Source: an uncultured Candidatus Poseidoniales archaeon
GTDB taxonomy: Archaea > Thermoplasmatota > Poseidoniia > Poseidoniales > Thalassarchaeaceae
Direction of reading: 5' to 3'
NCBI GenBank assembly: GCA_964576865.1
Contig: CAZNVK010000009.1
Location: forward strand, 2,001-66,000
DNA: 64,000 nt
Below, in pieces: positions 1 to 8,970 of this stretch. The notes beneath the pieces were generated by a model that made no database searches, was not told the DNA's origin, and saw nothing but the letters and a program-made list of their open reading frames with translations. The translations under genes were made by a program, and so were the position numbers. Numbering within the stretch: position 1 is the first letter of the stretch; every line of letters begins with the position of its first letter.

Positions 1-39
1 TGTACCGAGTGCCGCCGCAGTGATGAGGAACCGCACCGG

Positions 40-1674
40 ATGCCTTGGGCGTCGCGAGTGATGGGCGATCTGAGCGGCACTCGAGTGAGTCCAATGTCAA
101 GAATCGTCGTCGATGCCAATGGCAAGCGGTATCGGATGCAGGATCCAGCACCTCTCACCCCTGCTCCTGATGACATTCAATTGGCTACGGAGAGCAAGCC
201 GTGGCGCAATTATTGGCGCATGCTAGGAACGGTGATTCTCGCATTCATCGTGATTTGGTTTGGTTTGACGATGTTGGTCGCAGGGGGGATATACGGCGAG
301 TTCATTCTAACCATAATCGGAGCGTTCTGTTCTATCGCACCCCTTCCCTTCCTCATCATTCTCCACCGACCAAAGATGGTCCACGTTCGCCTCGCGGTCC
401 CGGACTCCGGAGGCAAAACACATCACCCTCTCCCAGAAGGTGGTTCACTCCAGACCCCGGAACCGACGGCATTCCAACGATTTCTCACTCCTGACGACTC
501 GGTTCTCGATTTGCCGCCCTTGCGGCAGGTCTGGGGTGCCTTCCTTGTAACGGTGATACTCGGTGTGCTTCTCTCTGTGCCATTACTGATGTCATTGCTA
601 TCTGAGAATGAGGATTATGTCGTAGGGGTTTTTGCTCTCTCGTTCATCCCTGTGATGCTCCTTGCAATCGCAGCGTTCTCAATTCCAGTCTTTGCATGGT
701 GGGCAACCTCCTCGAAGATACTTGGTCTGCCGACTCGGCGCCGAGATGCTGAGGCTTGGTTGATTGCTGGGATGGCTTCTGCTCTCCCAGCCTTGCTGGT
801 AAATTCCTTCGTTTTCCCCGCATTACTGCCGGCCGGGATGTCTCAGGATACGGTCTATGCTCTTGGCGCTACGATTAGTGCGCCAATCGGCGAAGAGATC
901 TTCAAAATGCTCGGCGTCTGCATGTTCTTGCCTATGATTAGGAATGCGAAGAAAGGCTTCCAAGTTGGATTCACCGTGGGGTTGGGATTCGCCTTGATCG
1001 AGAATCTAACCTACATCCTGGGAAGTGGATTAAGCGGGGCAATAACTTTGACGATTACAACGGTTGTTCGGGGAATCGGCTCGATTCCCGCCCACGGTCT
1101 TTGGACTGGAATTACCGGGTTTGCCATAGGCTCTCTGGCCCAGACTCAGGATGCCGATAAGAGGGCGAGTTGGATATTTCGAACGCTGAGCATCAAGACC
1201 GTGGATATCGCAGAGAATCTCGGATTCGATGTCGATGGAGATGGTGATCACTCCGGCTACGATGATGAGAGACACACTTTGCAAGAAATGTTGGCGATGG
1301 ATGATGATGACAGGGCGGCGTGGAAACTAATCGACCCTGTGACTGGGATGCCGATTGAGACTGAGAATTCCCAGCAATTGGAGGAGGTCGGTGAATACAT
1401 GGTTACCGCAGCTCATGCTGCTGAACTCAGGGCAGAGGATGGGCTGCGATTGCTTCCTCCGAATGTGGTTTGGGCTTGCTTGTTGATTTCAATCGCCGGG
1501 CATGCCTTCTGGAATGGTACGAGCGTTGGAATGGAATATCTCGCTGGTGCGCTATCACTCGGAATGGGGGGAACTCTCGTCCTCAGTTTGATTTGGACTG
1601 CGATCCTCATTTCCGTGCTACTATTCCTCGCACGGGGCGTCTTCAAGGGAGTTCGTTCCCTCCCTTCCAGTTGA
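40..1674 (+). CDS. Multi-pass membrane protein, PrsW-family intramembrane protease-like
   Basis: 544-aa ORF with many hydrophobic helices. PrsW-type motifs occur in order: GEEIFKMLG, GFALIENLTY, PAHGLWTG, GHAFWNG. A ~130-aa acidic soluble insertion (DVDGDGDHSGYDDE...) sits before the last motif. Confidence 0.55.
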   Translation: MPWASRVMGDLSGTRVSPMSRIVVDANGKRYRMQDPAPLTPAPDDIQLATESKPWRNYWRMLGTVILAFIVIWFGLTMLVAGGIYGEFILTIIGAFCSIAPLPFLIILHRPKMVHVRLAVPDSGGKTHHPLPEGGSLQTPEPTAFQRFLTPDDSVLDLPPLRQVWGAFLVTVILGVLLSVPLLMSLLSENEDYVVGVFALSFIPVMLLAIAAFSIPVFAWWATSSKILGLPTRRRDAEAWLIAGMASALPALLVNSFVFPALLPAGMSQDTVYALGATISAPIGEEIFKMLGVCMFLPMIRNAKKGFQVGFTVGLGFALIENLTYILGSGLSGAITLTITTVVRGIGSIPAHGLWTGITGFAIGSLAQTQDADKRASWIFRTLSIKTVDIAENLGFDVDGDGDHSGYDDERHTLQEMLAMDDDDRAAWKLIDPVTGMPIETENSQQLEEVGEYMVTAAHAAELRAEDGLRLLPPNVVWACLLISIAGHAFWNGTSVGMEYLAGALSLGMGGTLVLSLIWTAILISVLLFLARGVFKGVRSLPSS

Positions 1675-1730
1675 GTGGAGGCGGGGGAATCCTTCATCAT
1701 CCTCTGACGGCGGATTGTAGTCGAGGACAC

Positions 1731-2468
1731 ATGGAACTGACCTCTGACCAGATGGTTTCGATAGGCTTGGTGCTCGGGCTGATGTTGATATCGGGCGCCC
1801 GAGGAATGCTCAATCGAAGTGGACTCCTCGCGGCTGCGACAGTCGGCCTCTCCGTGTCGCTGTTAGGACACTGGACATGGTTGGCGATTCTCATCGTTTT
1901 CCTCGTCGTCGGTTCTCTGGCGACTCTGTGGCGTTACGATGAGAAAGCGGCCCTCCGCTTGGCTGAGGATAACAAAGGCACTCGCGGCTGGCGCAACGTG
2001 ATGGCGAATGGCGGAGTTGCTGCTGGCGTGGCTGTGGCAAATTTCGCTATGGGTGGGCCCGAATGGGCGTACTCGGCTGCTGCGGCTTCGATCGCGGTTG
2101 CTGCCTCTGACACCTTAGCATCAGAGATCGGCAGCCTCGACCCACGGACTCGAAGCATCATCAATCTCGAAGCGGTGCCCGCCGGAACCAATGGTGGCAT
2201 GTCGGTGCTCGGGACATTTGCGGCACTCGCCGGCGGGTTACTCATCGCGGTGATGGCAGTCACTCTCGCCTCGATCACCAGTGTTACCACACCGCTGGTG
2301 ACGCTGTTCGTCCTCGTCACGGTGATAGGTTGGTTGGGTTGCCAAGTCGACTCTATACTCGGCGCTCTATTCGAGAATAAGGGACTCATGGGCAAGCACA
2401 CCGTGAACTTCCTTGCCACACTGTCTGGAGCTCTCATGGCAATCGTGGCCCATTGGCGCTTCCTCTAG
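1731..2468 (+). CDS. DUF92/TMEM19-family integral membrane protein
   Basis: I start at the internal ATG 1731 (MELTSDQMVSIGLVLG...); the upstream part of ORF 1470..2468 overlaps the previous gene. The product is multi-TM with GTRGWRNVMANGG and ASDTLASEIGSL motifs typical of the family. Confidence 0.6.
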   Translation: MELTSDQMVSIGLVLGLMLISGARGMLNRSGLLAAATVGLSVSLLGHWTWLAILIVFLVVGSLATLWRYDEKAALRLAEDNKGTRGWRNVMANGGVAAGVAVANFAMGGPEWAYSAAAASIAVAASDTLASEIGSLDPRTRSIINLEAVPAGTNGGMSVLGTFAALAGGLLIAVMAVTLASITSVTTPLVTLFVLVTVIGWLGCQVDSILGALFENKGLMGKHTVNFLATLSGALMAIVAHWRFL

Positions 2469-2573
2469 GGAGGAAGCGAATTCGAGAACCCCCCGATTTG
2501 GCCATTTCACCAGCGCGAGAGAGCGCGGGGTTTGAATGCCCATCCGATGGGCGATTGAGCAGGAGAGTAGCCG

Positions 2574-4898
2574 ATGCAGCAACCGAGATTCCTCGCTGGA
2601 GTGATGATCCTCCTACTTCTGGGAACCCTCGCCGCAGGAAGTTCAGCGGCTCAGAGCGGCGAGGAATTTGGGCCCGGCCTCGACTTAGAGGTCCCACTTT
2701 CACACAATATCTTCCTCCACGGGACCGAGGAAGAGCCTGAGTTTCGTAGGGATTGGCCGATATTGACCGGCATTCCCGGTGGCTCGGCGAGTTTCTCCAA
2801 GACAGCCGGTGCTCCTCAAACACTTGTCCAAGTCGATGGGGCGCCGGTCCAAGAAGCGCTTTCCCTCAATGGAACAGTCACCGTGGACCTCTACGCCTCG
2901 TTGGAGGCGAAGTCACCGATTTGCCGTCAGACCAATGTCCTCCCAGGCTCTCCAGCTGGTGCGACGACGCGCTTCATCATCACCCTCATCTGGGGTTCCT
3001 ACAGCCTTCTCAACGGTGAATCAACCAATGAGGTGACCATGGAGGAATCCTATACAGAGTCGCACTTATTCAGCGTCTCAGTTCCAGTCCAAGGTGTCGA
3101 CTTGAGTCCGGGCGACTCGATATCCTTGCGCATCGAAGTCCAACACGATTGCGTCCAACCCGGTTCCTTGTGGTGGGGTACCTTCGATGCACGAAGCGGA
3201 ATCACCTACACCGGTGACCTCATCGACCCACGTTTGGAACAGGTCACCGACTCGAACAGAATCACCCGAATCGAATTCACTCCAATCTCGCCTTGGGGGC
3301 CCGACGACTTCTCAGATCAGGTTATCGAGGTCGTCGGACCCATGGATGATTACGAATCGATGGTCCACGGATTCGGTCAGGAAGACGAACGCCTCGAGCA
3401 CTTTGAGGCACCTCACTCATTCAGAGTGGGCGAGGCGAATAGGACGGTTCTGACCTGGTCGACCTCGAATCCTCTCGTTCCCGGCCTCTACATGATCGAT
3501 GGGTGTTTTACCCTGCAAGACCAAAATCCAGCCGAACCCTGTGATGTGGTTGCAGTGTTGAAATTCGAGGTCGTAGAAGACCCTCAAGCATTGCTCAGCG
3601 GGACTTGGGTTGCTTTCCTCATCCCGCTGGGGGTAATCGCTTGGCTCGGCGCTTCGATGCGGGAAGCGATGCTACCTCTCCCAGCCTACGCTGTCATCCT
3701 CGTGCTAGCAATCGCCAGCGTAGGCCCTGCAATCCACCTGCCAGACATCGATGCCAACGCAGCGCGCTCGGACGGTGCAGCGCCTTCCTTCGCGCTGCTC
3801 GAACACGGCGGTGAGGGCTCGATCTCACTAGCGGATCTGCTATCTGAATCCGACGCCGTGGTCGTCGGGATGTACGTTCCGGGTTCGGCCAATGCGGTAC
3901 GTCAAGCCAATGATTTCCGCATGGCTGACGCCCTAATCGACAGCGAAGTCACTTTCATCCAAATCGCAACAGGCGCCGGTGTCAGAGCTGTCGACTTGGA
4001 CGCTCACGCCGCCAGCATCAATGGCTCCTGGCCACTACTGATGGACAAGGCCGATTCCAGCGTTGGCAAAGCCTTCCCCAGCGGAGCCAGCGATGCAGTC
4101 ATCATAATCGATGCAGCAGGATTCGTCACCGATTGGGCTCCGGGAACATATTCCAGTTCCGAAATCGCAACCGCGGTCGAGGAAGCAGGCAAGGGCTCGG
4201 GCCACAGCTTCCTCGACCCGCTCACTATGCTCTGGGGCACCGCACTTCTCCCGCTCTTCGTCCTCGCGATGCCCAGAGAGCGCAGATACACCGAACCCGA
4301 CGAGGTTCTCCTACCCGGCTCAGGCGTCCTCCTCACCATCCTCGCCGCCGGCTTCGGCTTCGCCATCTGGGCGGTCCCGATCGCTCTGCTCGCGGCGGTG
4401 GGCCTCGGAACGATATGGATATGGATTGAGGTCGCACTGGCTGCACTACTAGCCTATCACGGCTTCAGGACACTAACCAAGGGTCGCATTCCTGAGATTG
4501 ATTGGATCGCCGGAAAATTGCATTCTGCGCTGCCGCAAGCATACCAGGATTGGCGCAAAGCTTCATCTTTCAGCGACGATGTCCACCTCGGAATCTGGGT
4601 TGCTTGGCTCATCTGGCTACGCACTCCTGATATGGTCGCACAAGGGGTCGGCTCGGTCGCCCGCACCGGGGCTCTCGGCGTGATTCTGGCTCTGGCGATG
4701 TTGGCTGGGTTGATCCTCGCCGCGGGCCTGGCCGTGGTTCTGGCTCGTGGAATCATCGGCGTCACAGGCCCGATTCCCCGTACACTGGGTAGTCTCAGCG
4801 TTGGCATCCGTCCTCGAGCTTGGGGTTTGGCGAGTGCCATGCTTGGGGGATGGTTGCTTCTGAGTTTGGTTGTAGGTCCCCTACTGGGTTCGCTTTGA
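2574..4898 (+). CDS. Large secreted/membrane protein with a Cys-less thioredoxin-fold (TlpA/ResA-like) domain
   Basis: 774 aa. It has an N-terminal signal-like segment (LLLLGTLAAGSSAAQ), a ~330-aa extracytoplasmic region, TM helices, a redoxin-like stretch (aa ~400-540) and a C-terminal bundle of TM helices. Confidence 0.5.
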   Translation: MQQPRFLAGVMILLLLGTLAAGSSAAQSGEEFGPGLDLEVPLSHNIFLHGTEEEPEFRRDWPILTGIPGGSASFSKTAGAPQTLVQVDGAPVQEALSLNGTVTVDLYASLEAKSPICRQTNVLPGSPAGATTRFIITLIWGSYSLLNGESTNEVTMEESYTESHLFSVSVPVQGVDLSPGDSISLRIEVQHDCVQPGSLWWGTFDARSGITYTGDLIDPRLEQVTDSNRITRIEFTPISPWGPDDFSDQVIEVVGPMDDYESMVHGFGQEDERLEHFEAPHSFRVGEANRTVLTWSTSNPLVPGLYMIDGCFTLQDQNPAEPCDVVAVLKFEVVEDPQALLSGTWVAFLIPLGVIAWLGASMREAMLPLPAYAVILVLAIASVGPAIHLPDIDANAARSDGAAPSFALLEHGGEGSISLADLLSESDAVVVGMYVPGSANAVRQANDFRMADALIDSEVTFIQIATGAGVRAVDLDAHAASINGSWPLLMDKADSSVGKAFPSGASDAVIIIDAAGFVTDWAPGTYSSSEIATAVEEAGKGSGHSFLDPLTMLWGTALLPLFVLAMPRERRYTEPDEVLLPGSGVLLTILAAGFGFAIWAVPIALLAAVGLGTIWIWIEVALAALLAYHGFRTLTKGRIPEIDWIAGKLHSALPQAYQDWRKASSFSDDVHLGIWVAWLIWLRTPDMVAQGVGSVARTGALGVILALAMLAGLILAAGLAVVLARGIIGVTGPIPRTLGSLSVGIRPRAWGLASAMLGGWLLLSLVVGPLLGSL

Positions 4899-4969
4899 GC
4901 CAGGGCAACGGACACACACCCCGACCGTGAGCATCATAAGAGTGGGGCCGCTCGTCGATGCACTCCTTT

Positions 4970-5158
4970 GGGGGTATAGTATAACCTGGTAGTACCGCGG
5001 GCTCCAGTTGCACGGGAATGACGACGAGTGGGTAATCTGATGGTTTTGATGACCAACTGGAGCACCGACCCGTCGCAAACCGAGAGCGTGCATCTGCCAG
5101 GTGCACGCTAGGCGGAAGATACCCGCTGATCTGGGTTCAAATCCCAGTGCCCCCACCA
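4970..5158 (+). tRNA. tRNA-Trp (anticodon CCA at 5004-5006) with a 113-nt intron (about 5008-5120) and encoded CCA end
   Basis: Acceptor GGGGGTA/TGCCCCC. D arm GTAT..GTAC. Anticodon stem GCGGG (4997-5001)/CCCGC (5122-5126). Loop CTCCAG + A. T arm CTGGG-TTCAAAT-CCCAG. Discriminator A5155 followed by CCA. Confidence 0.85.
5011..5074 (+). ncRNA. Box C/D guide RNA embedded in the tRNA-Trp intron
   Basis: Box C ATGACGA 5018-5024, D' CTGA 5037-5040, C' TGATGA 5047-5052, D CCGA 5065-5068. There are two 12-nt spacers. A terminal stem ACGGG (5012-5016)/CCCGT (5069-5073) flanks the boxes. Confidence 0.7.
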
Positions 5159-5200
5159 TCTCTCTTCAAACAGATGAAATCTTAGAGATGGTGGGGTCAC
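5147..5200. repeat. Inverted repeat formed by the tRNA-Trp 3' end plus 5 downstream nt and an inverted copy
   Basis: GTGCCCCCACCATCTCT (5147-5163) versus the reverse complement of AGAGATGGTGGGGTCAC (5184-5200): 16 of 17 nt match, with a 20-nt spacer. Confidence 0.7.
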
Positions 5201-5282
5201 TTCAGCCGAGCCGCAAAGCGGCTCGCTCCTCGTTCCACTCGGAGTTCGCGCTTCCCTCCCTTCGGTCAGTCCAGCGCTCAGC

Positions 5283-5299
5283 TCCCAGTGCCTCCACCA
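5283..5299 (+). repeat. Direct partial copy of the tRNA-Trp 3' end
   Basis: TCCCAGTGCCTCCACCA matches tRNA positions 5142-5158 (TCCCAGTGCCCCCACCA) at 16 of 17 nt. It lies 141 nt downstream. Confidence 0.7.
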
Positions 5300-5560
5300 A
5301 AACTCCTCGTGCCTGACCTGTCGCGCTCTCTAGAGCGCGACTGCGCTCATGTTGAGGGTGCTCGAACTCACGTTCGTGCACCCGATTTCATTCAATCTCG
5401 CTTGGATTGAAAATCGGATTCTGCGGATACAGCGTCTAATGCTTCTTGCTCACCTTTTGAGACGCTAATGTTGGTTGTTTTTCTTCGATTGAATATCTGT
5501 TTCAATTCTTGTACCAGAATAGGTGGGATTGAAGGACTCCGCTTGTGCGCGGAGTGTTTA

Positions 5561-7714
5561 ATGAATCGCCGGTCGGTGGCTCTTGCGCTGGTGCTGCTGC
5601 TGATGTCGCCATTGGCCGGCAGCATCGCAGCACCTGGTGTTGACGAGGGGCGAGTGCCCCTCGATTCTACTGGGATTCAATTGATTGAGGCTGGTCAGAC
5701 CACCGAGGTTCCGCAGCAAGCTCCCATCTGGTGGGATACCACCCTCGAGTGGTGGGAGTACACCACTCTCGACGCTGACCGTAACGGCATACACGATTCG
5801 CTCCAGACCGCTATTGGCCCGGTCAACGTCGGACTCTCTTACGCGCGCGAGGTGACCGATTTCGACCGCGCGCTACTGCAAAGATTGGGTTACGACATCC
5901 ATCAGGAATTGCCAATCGTCGATGCTCTTCTTATCGGGGATGTCGACGCGAGCCAGGTCTGGCATCTCGCCCAGCTCAACGGCGTCGTCATGGTCGAGCG
6001 ATACGGTTCGCTGGTTTTCTACGGCGATGTTCAGACCCAAGCGGTCAAGGCGAGAAATTCGACTGAGTATCCGGTCGGGGCTTGGGACTTCGGCGTCACC
6101 GGCAAAGGCATCAACATCGCCATGGTTGACACCGGTGTGGATAACGAACACCCTGGCTTGGACGGCAAATTCGTCGCCGGTTACGATGCGGTTTGCTTCG
6201 TCCACTCAGACCCACAATGTATCCTCGCCGGCGGTCGTGAGGATGACGGATCATTCGACCCGGACGATGGAAACCAGCATGGCACCGCCTGCATGGGCAT
6301 GGCCAGCGCCACAGGACTCGAGGCAGATGGCTCGCAATCCGAATTCTACGGTTCTGCCCCCGACGCTGGACTCGTCGACGTGCGCATCGGCACAGACGTC
6401 GGTGCCGGGCCGTTCGAGAATTACCTGCTCGAGCAGGAATTCTATGAGTCCGCGATGAACGGCTTGCAGTGGATCATCGATCATCGCGACGATGCCTGGC
6501 CGGGAATAGACGAAGCTAGCCACGGCATCGACATCATCTCTCTATCTTGGGGAATAACCAGTCACGAGAACGGGGGCTCGGATGGAACAGACATGCACAG
6601 CCGCGTTCTCGACGAAGCGATGGAACTCGGTATCGCCGTCTCCAACGCCGCGGGCAACGACGGCGAGGACAACGACGGCCTCTCAGGGATGGCATCCTCC
6701 TCTCTCTCCATCACCGTGGCATCAACCGACGACCAGAACACCGTGAACCGCACGGACGACACCATCGCGGGCTATTCCTCGCGCGGCCCGCGCAAAGACA
6801 ATGGCGACGGAAACCCCGTCAACGAACTCATCCCAGAAATCAGCGCACCCGGAACCAACATCATCCAAGCTGAAGGGTGCGTCAGCAGCGGTGGCTGCAA
6901 CAATTTCCTCGGCGGCGACGCATCACAGAACACCTACACCGGCCGCGGCAGCGGCACATCCTACGCAGCACCAGCAGTATCGGGCGTAGTCGCGCTCGTC
7001 TGGGAGGCCAACGAGAACCTCACTCCCCTACAGATCAAGGAGGTTCTCAAGCACACCGCGGAAGTTCGCGGCGAGCCCAGCGCACCCGAGGTAGACCCCT
7101 ATTGGAACCGCGAGTTCGGCTACGGAATGGTCGACGCACTCGCCGCTGTCGAGCTCGCAATTTTCCTTCGCGACAGCGGCCAAACCCCATTGATCGACCC
7201 AACCCTGCAAAGCCACTCGTACGGCTTCAATCAGACAAGCACCGAGACCGCGATTAACATCACAGGCCACGCCTGGGGTCAATCAGGAAGCATAGACCGC
7301 GTCGAATACCGAATAGACGACGGCGAATGGCACGAAGCAACCTACTCAGTCACCCCCAGCGAAGTCGGAGCGCTAACCCCATTCCTTTGGCACGTCCTCC
7401 TCGACCCGGCGAAACTACCAGCCGGCGAGCACACCATCGAGGTGCACGCCGTCGCCGGCGCCATGCATTCCCTCCCCGTATTCCACCAAGTCAACGGCAC
7501 CGGTGCAGCCCAAACAGCTCTGGGAATCCCACCACTCGCGATCGGCGTTATCGCCCTCGTAGCAATCGCTTGGGTCGCTTCCCTCGTCCTAATCCGTTAT
7601 CGCTCCGACGACGAGATCGAAGCGATTATCGAGACCGTCCGCTCACGTGAGTCAAATGGCACTCAGATTGACACTGATATCGACGAAGTGGTCGAAGCCG
7701 AAATCATCGAGTAA
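5561..7714 (+). CDS. Subtilisin-like serine protease (peptidase S8), secreted with a C-terminal membrane anchor
   Basis: Starts at ATG 5561 (MNRRSVALALVLLLMSPLAGS signal). Catalytic triad contexts are VDTGVD, HGTACMG and GTSYAAPAVSG. The C-terminal helix is LAIGVIALVAIAWVASLVLI. Confidence 0.85.
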   Translation: MNRRSVALALVLLLMSPLAGSIAAPGVDEGRVPLDSTGIQLIEAGQTTEVPQQAPIWWDTTLEWWEYTTLDADRNGIHDSLQTAIGPVNVGLSYAREVTDFDRALLQRLGYDIHQELPIVDALLIGDVDASQVWHLAQLNGVVMVERYGSLVFYGDVQTQAVKARNSTEYPVGAWDFGVTGKGINIAMVDTGVDNEHPGLDGKFVAGYDAVCFVHSDPQCILAGGREDDGSFDPDDGNQHGTACMGMASATGLEADGSQSEFYGSAPDAGLVDVRIGTDVGAGPFENYLLEQEFYESAMNGLQWIIDHRDDAWPGIDEASHGIDIISLSWGITSHENGGSDGTDMHSRVLDEAMELGIAVSNAAGNDGEDNDGLSGMASSSLSITVASTDDQNTVNRTDDTIAGYSSRGPRKDNGDGNPVNELIPEISAPGTNIIQAEGCVSSGGCNNFLGGDASQNTYTGRGSGTSYAAPAVSGVVALVWEANENLTPLQIKEVLKHTAEVRGEPSAPEVDPYWNREFGYGMVDALAAVELAIFLRDSGQTPLIDPTLQSHSYGFNQTSTETAINITGHAWGQSGSIDRVEYRIDDGEWHEATYSVTPSEVGALTPFLWHVLLDPAKLPAGEHTIEVHAVAGAMHSLPVFHQVNGTGAAQTALGIPPLAIGVIALVAIAWVASLVLIRYRSDDEIEAIIETVRSRESNGTQIDTDIDEVVEAEIIE

Positions 7715-7821
7715 GCCGGCCTCGCGATTCGACAAATTTCCCTCGTGAAACTCACCTCAGACCCCGAAACCGAAGGATTCGAGGGTGTGTCTTCAAATGC
7801 TCACCGAGTCGTCCGTAGGTC

Positions 7822-8970
7822 GTGGTGCGATTTTCGGAACGAGCGAACAGCATCCGTCCAACTGGCGTTAGACGGATGTTCGACATGGCTGGCGATGACG
7901 CTGTCCAATTCGGTTTGGGGGAGCCGGATTTCCAACCTCCGGACATCGCCATCGAGGCATTCACCCGAGCGATGGAGGAAGGCCGCAACAAGTACACCAC
8001 AACCGCAGGCCTTCCACCGCTGCGTCAGAAGATTGCAGAGACCTGGCACCACCGTGACCCCACTTTGAGCGATGAGAACGTCTGTATGACCATGAGCGGA
8101 ACCAATGCACTGCTTGACATTTTCCTGGCATTGGTCGATCCGGGAGACGAAGTCCTCCTCCCCGAACCATACTTCCCTCTCTACCCAACGGATGTCGTGA
8201 TCTGCGGCGGCAACCCAATCCTCTATCCCTGCCTATTCGAGAATGGCTTCGTGCCGACAATCCCCGACCTCGAAGCTCGCTTGACGGACAAAACTGTCGC
8301 GATTCTCTACAATTTCCCAAGCAACCCGACGGGCGGAAATGTGACTCATGAACAGCGCGACGAATTGCTTGAATTCGCACGCGAGAACGATTTATGGGTC
8401 ATCACCGACGAGGTTTACGATCGCATCGTCTACGATTCCGAACACGTCTCATTCCTCGGTGCTGGATACGACAAAGTCATCATGATCAACTCATTTTCCA
8501 AGACCTTTGCAATGACCGGCTGGAGAATCGGCTACATCCTCTCGCCGGACCTCGAAGCGATGGGTCATATCACGAAGATGCAGTATTATGTGACGGCGTG
8601 CAGCAATGATGCGATGCAGCACGCCGTGCTCGAAGCCTTGGAGAAGGCCTCGGATTATCCGGCGCAGATGCGAGATGAATTCCATGCGCGTCGGGATTTG
8701 ATCTGCGAGCGATTGAACGCCATGCCGGGCGTCAGTTGCCACGTTCCGACCGGCGCATTCTACGTCTTCCCTAAGATCGATGTTCCTGGCATGAATAGCG
8801 AAGAGATCGCAATGGCTCTGCTCGAAGGCGGAGTTCTCTGCAGCCCCGGTTCCGCCTTCGGGGCTGCTGGTGAGGGCCACCTGCGCTTCGCGTACACGAT
8901 TGGACGCGAGGACATATCACGCGGCATGGACCGTGTCGAGAAGGTCCTCGCTGAACTGCGTGGAGAATGA
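7822..8970 (+). CDS. Pyridoxal-phosphate-dependent aminotransferase, class I/II (aspartate aminotransferase-like)
   Basis: 382 aa with a GTG start. Contains GLGEPDF, NPTG and the Lys motif SFSKTFAMTGWRIGY. Confidence 0.85.
   Translation: MVRFSERANSIRPTGVRRMFDMAGDDAVQFGLGEPDFQPPDIAIEAFTRAMEEGRNKYTTTAGLPPLRQKIAETWHHRDPTLSDENVCMTMSGTNALLDIFLALVDPGDEVLLPEPYFPLYPTDVVICGGNPILYPCLFENGFVPTIPDLEARLTDKTVAILYNFPSNPTGGNVTHEQRDELLEFARENDLWVITDEVYDRIVYDSEHVSFLGAGYDKVIMINSFSKTFAMTGWRIGYILSPDLEAMGHITKMQYYVTACSNDAMQHAVLEALEKASDYPAQMRDEFHARRDLICERLNAMPGVSCHVPTGAFYVFPKIDVPGMNSEEIAMALLEGGVLCSPGSAFGAAGEGHLRFAYTIGREDISRGMDRVEKVLAELRGE

Noticed and set aside
1470-1730. The upstream 87 codons of ORF 1470..2468 as part of the DUF92 gene
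   Set aside because: This segment overlaps the 3' end of the PrsW-like gene in another frame and translates to non-membrane, Arg/Gly-rich sequence. The family-like sequence starts at ATG 1731.
5190-5299. A possible second tRNA or intron-containing tRNA, because its ends (GGTGGGG / CTCCACC-A) mimic an acceptor stem
   Set aside because: I could not build a D arm, an anticodon arm or a T arm (there is no CTGGG partner for CCCAG). It is kept only as a repeat/structure observation.
4881-5316. ORFs 4881..5159(-), 4795..5106(-) and 5101..5316(+) overlapping the tRNA-Trp locus
   Set aside because: They overlap a well-supported tRNA and intron. They have no start context or recognisable motifs. Such ORFs are typical spurious open frames in GC-rich DNA.
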